Source: Marsupella aquatica
Lineage: Eukaryota; Plantae; Marchantiophyta
NCBI GenBank assembly: GCA_973895155.1
Contig: OZ316893.1
Span: forward strand, 12,106,359 to 12,170,358
Length of the DNA stretch: 64,000 bases
Reading direction: 5' to 3'
Position numbers and translations under genes: made by a program. Of this stretch, positions 1 to 10,673 are shown one piece after another; positions within the stretch are counted from its first letter, which is position 1; each line of letters opens with the position of its first letter. Under the pieces are notes generated by a model. That model did not search any database and was not told the origin of the DNA. It worked only from the letters and a program-made list of their open reading frames with translations.

Positions 1-1216
1 ACAAGAAGACGCAGCAGAAGAAGAAGCGAGATCTCAAACAAAGAGAGAGAGGAGTCCCGAGAGAGTAGAGCGCGAGAGTGAAGGCCGATTTATTAACGAC
101 GGCGCAAGTCTATAGTTGCGCAGGGTACGGTCCCCAGGAACCCCTCCCCCAGAAGTCCCCTCCTGGGGGTCGCCCCTCCAGTCCCCGAAACACGGCAGTC
201 AGCGTACCCATCACCGGTCATCATTGTGGGTCCCGATCGACGGCCCTTATCGCCACCTCCTCCCCAGTTCAGACCCTCTCACCGTCGATCTCGAAACCCA
301 CTAACTACAGTTAAGTGGAAGGCAGGCCAGTAACTCCAGAACGAAACCAGTGAAATGTGAAGTACCTTTGGGACACGCCCTGCCCTGCCCGTACTGGACT
401 GGTCTGGAGGCCTTGTCAGCCTGTCCGGTCAGTGGGTCGGGTCGGGTCAGCTCGCTCGAGCGGTCAAACTTGGGAAATACGACCTCCACCAGTCATCAAC
501 CTAGTGGCTCCACCGGCCCTGCCCTGCCCTGCCCGGCCCAGCCCAGCCCGCTCCCGACTTCCTTCACTCGACGCACGCTACCCGGACCGTACTGTACAGA
601 GCGAAAGGTATGGTGGTGCCTATCCGTATTTCCGTACCCCACTCATATACTCCGACGTCTACAGGACAAGTACCTACGGTATCCCGTAACTGTATTCCGG
701 GATTATCGTTTGCCGTCGCCCTTTAAGCTTTATTGTAATTTATTATTCTCGAAATGGCAGTTTTTCTGTAGCGAGAGACCGGCAATTTGAACCTCGGGTG
801 GATCTTGTCTCTTTTACAATCGGGCGGACAGGAAAAAGACATCATAATGAATGGCCAATGATTCGAGGACGTGTTGACACCCTTCTTAACTTTTGACTAG
901 TGATTGGAATGAATTGAATTTGGTTTGTTGGAAAGCTCACTTGATGCTCTTTGTTAGGTGCTAAAGCAGGTTTGAGACTTTGAATGGCTGTGAAGAAATG
1001 AAAGGTGGTCATCCATAAGATCAGTGAGATGTTGGGTTGACGTGTTCTTTTTAAAATCTTAGGTTTAAATCACTATACGAGAAAATTGTATTTGGACACA
1101 GTGTGTCCCATTTGTAAGAGCGATGCAAGCATATCAGCACACCTTGAGGTTTATCAAAGCTAAAGCCCCAACAAAGAGGAAGAAACTCAAAAGCCAAACA
1201 TGTCACCAGGACCAAA

Positions 1217-1577
1217 TGTCATGCCGAGGGACAGTGCCGCTTGTGCACATCGGCATGTCCCTCGCATGCCCGCTAGGTATGGTTAGGGCTAGTGTACTAC
1301 TTGAGTTAGTGTCATGTTCTTGTAACGAGTCTGGGCTGTTCTTGAAGCAAAAGGGGTTTGTTAGTGTGACGCCTGGACCCGGTCCTACTTAGGGCATGTT
1401 TTTCTTTGCCGTTCTTCAGTTCTTCTTGAATCGCTGTGAGACAGTTTTTCAGAGGCTGCTCGTCGGTTCCGTACACGGAATTCACACAGTGATTCGTTAG
1501 ATGTTCCCGGCCGATCTTGGCATCTCGCCGGTTTTCGATTCGATTTCAGTACGTTTGTTTCTATCACGCCTTTTATT
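1217..1577 (+). repeat. Terminal repeat A1 (361 bp)
   Basis: Matches 10762-11124 apart from about 3 substitutions and a 2-bp indel seen by eye. Starts TGTCA but ends TTTTATT, not CA. Confidence 0.95.
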
Positions 1578-1590
1578 CAAGAAGAACTGA
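1575..1590 (+). promoter_or_regulatory. Candidate self-priming primer-binding site
   Basis: ATTCAAGAAGAACTGA is the exact reverse complement of TCAGTTCTTCTTGAAT at 1416-1431 inside A1. No TGG-type tRNA PBS follows A1. Confidence 0.65.
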
Positions 1591-2204
1591 CGAGTGAAGG
1601 GAAGAAGATCAGAAACGCTGTGTTTCTCAATTGCTCGCGACGGTCAACACTTTCCGTCGACAGCAGCGCAATTTCTTTGAAGAAAAATCTAGTGATGGAG
1701 TTAGAGTTAGATTTTTCTTTGTATACACATCACTTATGTGTATACACTTAAATTTGCGGACCAGCGGAGTACACACAGGAGGAGACGAGGGGAGCGCTTC
1801 TCACTTTCCGGGAGGTTTTGCATTTTCAGGGGGGCCTTTTCGCCCCTTCTCTTGATCCTTCTTTTCTTGCTGCCTGGCAGCTGGAGGCCGCACCTTTGTG
1901 TATGCACACGGCCAAGGGGGCGACCACGCACATAGGGCCGCACGCCCATGTTACCCACTCCGGACGTTTTTCTTTCTCTCCTACCGGCCTCCCCGTCCTG
2001 CCTGTGTATACACATGCGGGGCTCGTCATTGCCCCTGGGTCGCGCATAGGGCCGCGCGCCCTCCCTTCGGCGTTTTTTTCTTCCTCCCTTGCTTTTGCCA
2101 GCATCTCGGCCAGCATTTAATTCAGCGCGAGGGGGAGCCGAGCAGGAGCACAAGCGCGAGGAGAGGAGGGGGAGCCGAACACAAGCCACAGAGAGGAAGG
2201 GGGC

Positions 2205-2545
2205 GAGTGCCAGGAGAGGGCACGAGGCCCTATGACACATTAAAGAGGGGAGGGGGAAGCGAGTGCCAAGAGAGGGCACGCAGCCCCATGTTGCATTAAC
2301 AGGAGGGGGAAGGGGAGTACATATGACTCCTTCCCACAGGAGTCCTTCTGCCAGGCACGAAGGCCTATGAGGCATTAATTAGAGCAGGAGAGGAGCGAGA
2401 CTGCCAGGAGAGGGCACGAAGCCCAATACAGCATTAGAGGGGGAGTACATTCGACTCCCTCCTCTCGGGAGTCACAGTCCTGCCAGGCACGAGGCCCTAG
2501 GCAGCATTAGAGGAGGGGGAGGGTGCGCAAAGCCCTATGCAGGGC
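2205..2545 (+). repeat. Degenerate ~55-80-bp repeats in the element leader
   Basis: About 5-6 copies of TGCCAGG(AGAGG)GCACGA-GCCC...GCATTA...GAGGGG. Two copies contain GACTCC(C)-N7/8-(G)GGAGTC dyads. Confidence 0.7.
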
Positions 2546-3176
2546 TCGAGCACTTAAAGGCCCGTTTTCTTTTTCCTCGCCTCGCCTTGGGTCTCGTCTT
2601 TTCCTTTCGCCCTTGCCAAAGCCGTTTTTCTTCTGTTTCTTTTTCCCCATGGTTGCTCGTCCGCTGCGCGACGATTGCAGAGTCTTTCGACTCACATGAG
2701 GGCATGTGCATAGGGCACCGCGGCCGGTCCCCACTACGACCATTTTTCTGCCGACACCCTGCCCCCATGTGTATACACTTAATTGGGGTCCTTTTCTTTT
2801 AGTTTTTGGTCTTTTTGCTCCTGCGCCGTGCGACGACCGTCCCACCTACTTTTGCATACCTTTGCTGTCAGTTTCCGGGTCCACAAGGGGCCCGAGGTAT
2901 ACACGTAAAGGGGGCCCTCCTTTCACGTTCTAGGGGCCCGTTTTCCCTTATTCTTTGCTTTGCTTATGTATACACATAGGTAAGTGCGACAAGGGAAAAT
3001 TTGGTGGTTTTAAGGGTCCTTTTTCTCCGGTGACGGTTTCTCCGTGCTTACACATTCTACCCATTTCTGCCTCGCATTGTTTGTTTCCTTTGTGGGTTTC
3101 ATTTCCTAGCCTTGGGGTTGCCATTTCTTTTTCTTGTCAGTTTCTTTCCCATTGGCACCCCAGGTGAGCATGCAGC

Positions 3177-5016
3177 ATGTCAGCAGAGGAGCCGACTCGT
3201 AGCAGCTCATCGCCATCGACACCCAGGTACCACTTGCGGAGTGATCCACGACCGTTGGTGCCAATTTCATTGGAGTCTCGACAATTTTGTCGGCATCAGC
3301 AGACAGTAGACAGCAGCAGCACCCACACCACGCAACCCTTCTGCTACATTTGGCGGTCGCTTCACCACTACCCTGAAGCCTGCTATTACATCTTTGCCCT
3401 TTACTCCTTCTGCATCCGTGGTTGTTTCTGCTTCACCGACATACAGCATGGACGTCAACCACTCATCTGGCCGCATTGAACGCTTCAGCGGGCGGCCAGG
3501 CACTGTTTCTTTGCGTGAGTTCAAATCCACTTTCTACACTGTCGTTTACGAATTGGAGTTGAAGTATGGCAGCAATTTCACAAATGCTTTTGCATTTAAG
3601 CAGCTAGCCAAGTATGTGCACCACGAGGCTTTGGATGTGTATGAGCAGCATTCTCAACGGCTGCTTGCTGTCACACAAATGCCTAACCCTGCCTATGCCA
3701 CTGCAATTGCGGCTGCCTCACAACTGGCATTACAGAATGCCATTGCAGCCCATGCTGCTGCTCCTGCCACTTCCCCTCCTACTCCAGTTCCCACCACTAC
3801 ACCAGTTACTCCCACTGTCTTGGCACAGGCTACATTAGGCATTTCTCCCACCATTGATTCCCCTGCCTTTGCTGATCCCGTGGCTGAGTTTTTCCAGGTT
3901 CTTGAATTGGAATTCCCAATCAAGAGTGCTGACAAAATCATGCAGTTGGCCACCTTTGTGAGGCAGCGCGATGAAACATTGAAGATGCTGTATCGCCGGC
4001 TTCTCAAGCTGAAGGAAGACACTAAGAGCATCACTGACCTGGAAGCTGCTCATCGCTATCTTCGCGCATTGGAGGGCACACCAGCTCTCCATTCGCAAGT
4101 GTTGCAGCAAGTATTCTCAGAGTTTGGAGATAGCTACACCCTGCTCAATGTCTATGACACTGCTGAGAAACTTGAGTTGGCCCATGCACATTATGAGGCC
4201 AGTATTGCGCGTCCACCGCGATCCAGGTACCAGGCTGCTGCCCCTACACTGGCCACTCCTTCCCGTGTGCCATAGTATGGTTCCAAGACCAAGCCAGCCC
4301 ATGCTGCTTTCATGCTGCCATCTTGCAACTACTGTGGTAACCCCAATCACAAGGCTAATGAATGTGATATTGTTGCTGAGGACCTATCTTGTGATTTTTG
4401 CGGGAAAGTGGGCCACTTGGAGGCAGTTTGTTTTGCCAAATTCCCCAAGAGGAAGCAGCTACGACAGCAGGCCACCCATCCTGCTCCTGTTTCCACTCCC
4501 CCACCAGCTAGGAGGGCTCCTACTGCATCAGTTGCTCCTCCTTCCAGTGGCAAAGCATCTAGTGCTCACAAATTGCCCAAGCAACAACAGAAGCAACCAG
4601 CTCAGAAGGAGGCTCACAACGCACAGGCAACTCAACTCCAGTCTCTGACTCATGAGGTTGAGTCATTACGTGCCCAACTTGCCAACATCAAAGGCAAGTC
4701 CACTGCCTCTGCTGGTCCTTCTCAACCGGCTGGTCACGTGCAACCCATCCCTGGCCCAGGCACCACTGACAGTTCAGCACCCATACCCCGCTCTTTCTAT
4801 GGCTTGCCATTTGATGCTCATATGGGTGAGTGTGTGCTCTCCTCTGCTACACAGCCTGGCCTTACAGCAGAATTTTCAGATTCATTTTGCCCTTCCTATT
4901 TTGCTTACCAGCAGGCCAGTGCTGCCTCCCATATTGCTCCCACACGCCGCATTGTATAGGCTGATGGTCTTGCTGCTGGTCCTATGACTAGAGCCAGGGG
5001 AGCTCGGGTTTGCTGA
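3177..5016 (+). pseudogene. gag: Gag-like protein with two CCHC zinc knuckles (interrupted)
   Basis: ORFs 3394-4275 and 4312-4959 share a frame and are separated by TAG. Knuckles are CNYCGNPNHKANEC and CDFCGKVGHLEAVC. The likely N-terminus MSAEEP...RYHLRS at 3177 needs a frameshift near 3301. The frame ends at TGA 5014-5016. Confidence 0.75.
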
Positions 5017-6268
5017 AGAGCGCACCTTGTTGGCGAGGGGGGAGGGAGCTGCAGCTACATCCATTCCACCACCAGGTGCTGCTGACATTTCACAGGGAGT
5101 TGTCTTTCCTGAGCTGCTTGAGCATTTCACCTCCGGTATGGCACAAAGGATTCTTACCACTCCACTTTTCAGTTGCCAGGATTTACAGTTGGATGCTAGA
5201 GCTGTCCTTAGAGCGCTAGAGGGCTCACTGCATTCTTCATCAGCCCCTGTGACACCGGTTTTGGAGGTCCAATCTCATGTACATACTGGACCTTCTTCTT
5301 CTCCACTGCATGCTTCCACTGGTTTGGCTATCCCAATACCGATTTCCAGTGGTAGAGATGACAATATTGCTGCAGATTGTGTGACCAGAGCTACACTTGA
5401 TTCTGGTCATGCTGCTCCATCTTTCCTAGCTATGCTGTTGAGTGGGAAGACCGTGGACACTAACTCCCTTCACAAGGTACCTCATCATTTGCCAAAAGTG
5501 GTGCCTAGTGACAGGACTTTAGTTTCCACCACCATTGCCATTGTTGACAACAGGAATTCAGCAGTCAAGTTGGAGGGTCACACTTCTCAAGTGGTCATGC
5601 TAGACACAGGCGCTCAACCAATGATCTTGGGCATTCAGTTTGCCAAGAAGATGGGACTGCTGACTGATCATTTACAACAATCCAGGTGGCACATTCGGAC
5701 TGCTAGTGGCACTATGGAGGATGTGCTGGGTGAGAGTTCTACTTTACTCACTCTCACTTTTAATGGAGGTACAGATCAGGAACTGCATTTCCCAGTCAGA
5801 TGTTTGGTTACCAATGCCACTACGTATGATGTGCTCATTGGCCAGGAGGCTTTGTTCCCACCAGGTTTTACCATTGACAACTGGCATGAGCATGCATACT
5901 ACAGAGTTGATTGGCATACGGATGGCTCACACTTGGGCTACATTCCACTTGATTTGCATGGTGCCCATACCCCTATGGCTCACCACTGTGTGTTGAAAGC
6001 AGTGCACACAGCTACCTATGTCAACCACCCATTGCAGGATTGGATTGAGGAGGATGATGATGAGGTGGCTATTGCACATGCTGCTGCACGTATAGCAGCA
6101 CTTTCCAGCAACATGGATCATCAACCAGAGGTGGTACAACGGCTCCAAGCAGCCCATGGACCTTTGGTGGCTGCATTGCACAAATTTGAGGACCTTGGGC
6201 AGCATAATGGACAACCAATAGCCCCAATCTTGAGCGCACCAATTACCTGGACTCCTCCTTCAGATGGC

Positions 6269-7205
6269 CTTACATTGCTTGAGCTTTTTGGTGGCATTTC
6301 TACAGGCCTGGAAGCTCTCCTAAAGTCTGGCATGGTGGTGAAGCAGTACATCTATGTGGATATTGATCCAAGTGCAAGGCAAGTGGCTGAATTCCGTCTG
6401 CTGGAATTTTCAGAGCGATTTCCTCAGCAGTTTTCACACAGTGCATGGAAGTCTGCATTTTCTTTCTTTCCTCCAGATATCCAGCTTGTCCAGCACCGGC
6501 ACTTAACCCTTCTTGGCTCCCTTGATTTGATCATAGCTGGTTGGGAATGCCAAGGGTTTTCAGCTGCTGGTCATGGTGCTGGACTGCATGATTCTCGTTC
6601 TGGCCTTTTTACAGCATTGGTTCAGATTCTCACCTGGGCTCAATCCCTTTATCCTGCTGTTGGTTATATCATTGAGAATACTCCATCTCAGTTTGACCAG
6701 CGTCCACAGGTCAAAGAGGATTTCAGTGTGGTCTAGCACTACTTGGGACCACCCCTTCTCATTGATGCAGTGCACTGTGGTTCTTATGCACATCGTCTTC
6801 GTAACTTTTGGACTAACCTTGCACCACCTTCCTTGCTGGAGATGGCTCTTCACCACACATCCAGGGACACTAACCTTACAGTGGACCAGATTTTGGATCC
6901 TGACAGTTCTTGCCAACCAGTTACACGGCAAGAGCCAGCACCTTGGTATCCAGCTAATACCATTGGACAACCCCGTGCTGCTTGGCCTACATTTGTGTCC
7001 TTTCCAGGTGCACATGCTTTTCAGGGTGATGGTCCTGGGCTGGTTTATCGACATTCTACCGGTACATGGGATGAACCTAGTCCTGAGGAGAGAGAACGGG
7101 CTATGGGCTTCCAACCCGGTACTACAGGTCACACCAAAATCACCAGGCTGGCCAGGACTGCTTTACTTGGCAGGGTAATGGATCTCAATGCTCTCACTTG
7201 GCTTC
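6269..7205 (+). other. C5 cytosine DNA methyltransferase domain inside pol
   Basis: Motifs in order: I LLELFGGISTG; II YVDID; IV DLIIAGWECQGFS (catalytic Cys at 6548-6550); VI IIENT; VIII HRLRNFWTN; IX ERERAMGF; X LLGRVMD. Confidence 0.9.
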
Positions 7206-10200
7206 TGGTCACTTGCATCCTTTTTCAGATGTACATTCCTCCAGCATTAGGAGCTCCAGCCCTACCCCTCCACAGTGCTGCTACATGGCATCCAGACCAG
7301 GTGCACTTAACTCTATTCAACACTCACCGCTTCAGTCCAAGTGTTGGGGGGGAGGAGGTCCCTTGTAATGTGGCTGACATTATTTATGAGTTTCATGGTG
7401 TGGATCAGACCAGAGCAACAGATACAGCAGGCCTTGGAGAGGCCTCATTACCTTATCAACAGCATGCTAGCAGCTTGGACAGTGGAGAGGCTGGCACTTC
7501 TGGCTCTTCAAGCACGAGTACATCAGGTCCTATTCCTAGTGTTGCCAACTACACATTTATCATGGGCAACCACCTGAGTAAAAGACAGAAGGACCAGCTG
7601 CTGAATTTGCTCCCCAAGCATGAGAATGTGTTTGCTTTCTCTATGAAGGACTTGGGTAAGTGCAAGACTATGCAGTTCTCCATTGAGTTGGTTGATGAAA
7701 CACCTATCTTTAGGCGGAGACACCGTTTGAGTAAGCATGAGTGGCAGCTGGTGGATGAGAGGTGCCAAGAGCTTTATGAAGCTGGTCTTATTCAGCCATC
7801 TACATCAGATTTTGCGGCAACTACAGTGATGCCAGCAAAGAAGGATTCCAGTGGATTGTGGATAGAGAAGCGCATGTGTGGGGACTATAGGCCATTGAAC
7901 CTGGTCACACCCCAGGACAGGTACCCCATGCCGCGGCCAGAGGAGCTATTTGACAGCATTGGAGACTCAGACATCTTCACTCTTGTGGATTTAAGGCAAG
8001 GCTTCAACCAGATTTTGCTGCTTGCAAAGGATCGCAAGAAAACAACTTTCCATGGTAGTAACCAACTATGGGAGTGGTTGGTGATGCCATTTGGCTTGAA
8101 GAATGCGCCCATATTCTTTCAAAGAGTCATGGACCAGGTTCTACAAGGTGCTGAGTTTCTGAAATGCTACATTGATGATGTGTTGGTCCACAGCAAAGGA
8201 TTTGACCAGCATCTACTTGACCTTGAGGAGCTATTCATGAGGCTTAAGAAGGTGAACCTAAAGATACACCCCAAGAAGTGTGAATTTGCTGTCAGATCAG
8301 TAGTATATCTTGGGCATCGTATTCTTCCAAATGGAACCATGGCTCACTGGGCCAAGGTGGTATCCATCTTGGAAATGCCCACTCCTACCGATGTTCACAC
8401 TTTGAGGAGTTTTATTGGGTTGTGTAATTACTACCGGATCTACATCAAAGATTTCAGTACCATTGCACACCCATTGTATGCTTTGTTGAAAAAGAATGTG
8501 ACTTGGACATGGAGTATAGATGTTGAGGCAGCATTTGCCACTTTGAAGGAGAAGCTCTCAGAATACCCGGTGCTGAGAAGACCTGATTTCAACAAGGTCT
8601 TTGTGCTACACACAGATTGGAGTGCCCTTGGGATTGGTGCCATTCTGGGCCAGCATGATGAGGAAGGTAAAGAGTACGTCATTGCCTATGCATCCAGGAG
8701 CAACAATCAGGCAGAGAGTCATTATTCTTCTTATGAGGGTGAATGCCTTGCTGTTGTGTGGGCTGTCATACATTACAGGCCCTACCTCTATGGGACCAGG
8801 TTTGTTCTCTACACCGACCACCAGCCCTTGAAGTGGTTGATGACCAACGACAAGCTTACTGGCAAGCTTGCTCGTTGGGCACTCATACTTCAGGAGTATG
8901 ATTTTGAGGTAATTCATAGGCCTGGTGTGACACATCAAAATGCTGACACTATGTCCCGCAGCCCTTTGATTGCCTCTGATGATCCCTCAGATGCACGGCA
9001 GGATTTTGACCAGGTTTCCATCCTGCCTACATTTCATGCATCTACCTATCTTGCTTTGCTGCCATGCTACATTGTTGACCAACCTGTGGTGGACATATGG
9101 GAGGACAGCGACACTCTGAGATTTCTGCAGGATGGGGAGTACCCCACCCATGTTACTGCTGCCCAGAGAGACCAAATTCAGCAAAGGTCCAAGCGCTACT
9201 TGTGGAAGGGAGATCATCTTGTGCGCTACTTGCCAGACAGGGAAGTGGTGGTTCCACCCATTCATGAGAGGGTTGGCCTTATCCGTAAGGTACATTCTGA
9301 GCTTGGTCATTTTGGTGTTAAGAGGACTTATAGCCACTTGGTCCCCCATTATCATTGGAGAGGCATGCATGGCCAGGTTCGAGATGTTATTGCCCGGTGT
9401 GAGCAGTGTGATAGGGTAAGGACTTCTTTCACATCTCGGCAACCCACACTTCATCCACTCCCTATTCAGGGCATGTTTTATCGTTGGTCATGTGATTTGG
9501 CTGGAGAATTACCCCTCACATCTCGGGGTAATCTCTACATCATGATCATGATAGAGCATTTCTCCAAGTGGATAGAACTTGTGGCATTGCCGGATAAGAC
9601 CTCCCGTAGCACCAGCCAGGCATTCTTGCAACAAGTTCTCAGCCGCTTTGGAGCTTGTGCAAAATGTCTCATTGACCAGGGCTCAGAGTTTAGAGGAGAG
9701 TTCCAGGAGCTGCTTGATCAGGCTCTCATTGATCATCGCCGGACATCACGAGATCACCCACAGGCAGATGGCTTGGCAGAGCGCATGGTTCAGACATGCA
9801 AGAAGGGCCTTCGGAAGATCTGCCTCACCAAAAACAAGGAGGATTGGGACCTGGCCTTACCCTACATTGCCATGGGGTATAGGATGTCTAGACATGCATT
9901 ACTGTCTAACTTTTCTCCCTACTTCTTGTTGTTTGGTCGTCACCCAGTTCCACCTTCTGCTATTGCTTCTCACATGCTTCAGGTGGTGGACTTGGATTCA
10001 GCTGTGACTTGGTCTGATGTGATCTCTGAGAGGGTTGCCCTATTCAGGAGGGTTATGCCCATGGCCATGGAGAATTTGGCCATTGCACAGCATAGGGACA
10101 CACTGCGTTATGCACACACACACGAGGGGGCACTTTTCAGCCCAAGGTCAGGAAGTTTGAAGTGGGAGATTTTGTGTACTTGCAGCAGCAAGCTAACGAC

Positions 10201-10389
10201 ACCCTGGACACCTCTACCAGTCGCACTATTCTCAGGGTCAAAGCTATTCGACCGTCTGGAGTGCTAGAGTTACAAGGGGCAGATGGGTGCACAATTGCTG
10301 ACAATGCCAAGAATTGCGCCCCTTGTCATCTGCCTAACCTGGATCCCACCATTGTGACTTCTACTTGGATTCCACCTGTGGACTACCCT

Positions 10390-10525
10390 TGCAAAGTGTG
10401 TTTGCGAATTGATGATGCTGACCAGATGCTGCTGTGTGACAATTGCAATGGAGGGTACCATCTTTTCTGCCTTCGGCCTGAACTTACCCAGGTGCCAGAA
10501 GGGTTATGGTTTTGCCCTTCCTGTG
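10390..10525 (+). other. PHD finger (C4HC3) at the integrase C-terminus
   Basis: CKVC...LLCDNC...YHLFC...WFCPSC in ORF 10162-10542. It joins the integrase frame once the extra CA at ~10120 is removed. Confidence 0.92.
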
Positions 10526-10673
10526 CTCCACGTGCTACCTGAATTTTCTTCAGCCCTCCTTTTGACTATGGTCTGGGGGGGGATACAGAGGTTTACACCT
10601 CCACTACGTACATACCATCTCAGTTGCTTTTTCTTGGCACTTGTGAATGTGATTGGACTTTTTTCTCAGGATG

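Larger units (their letters stand above)
5027..10542 (+). pseudogene. pol: Pol polyprotein: aspartic protease, C5-MTase, RT, RNase H, DDE integrase, PHD finger
   Basis: PR MLDTGA (~5603); RT LVDLRQGF...MPFGLKNAP...YIDD (~8168); RH TDWS...EGECLA...TDH; INT H-H-C-C plus SCDLAG/IDQGSEF/GLAERM. One in-frame TAG (6734-6736) and a (CA)n 2-bp slip near 10115-10123 interrupt the frame. Confidence 0.92.

Noticed and set aside
300-720. MITE/hAT-like end with GCCCT/GGGTC and CCGTA repeats (similar texture at 63060-63400)
   Set aside because: I could not define terminal inverted repeats or a TSD.
1734-2933. Overlapping ORFs in the retroelement leader
   Set aside because: Low-complexity GC-rich translations with no recognisable domain.
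4273-6736. TAG reassignment or U-to-C editing to explain the in-frame stops
   Set aside because: Such editing is organellar. The same lesion occurs in clearly decayed neighbouring TEs together with frameshifts, so mutation is the simpler explanation.
10575-10592. Canonical polypurine tract for the DNMT element
   Set aside because: The G-rich run lies ~80 nt upstream of B1 and does not abut any terminal repeat, so the plus-strand primer site is unresolved.
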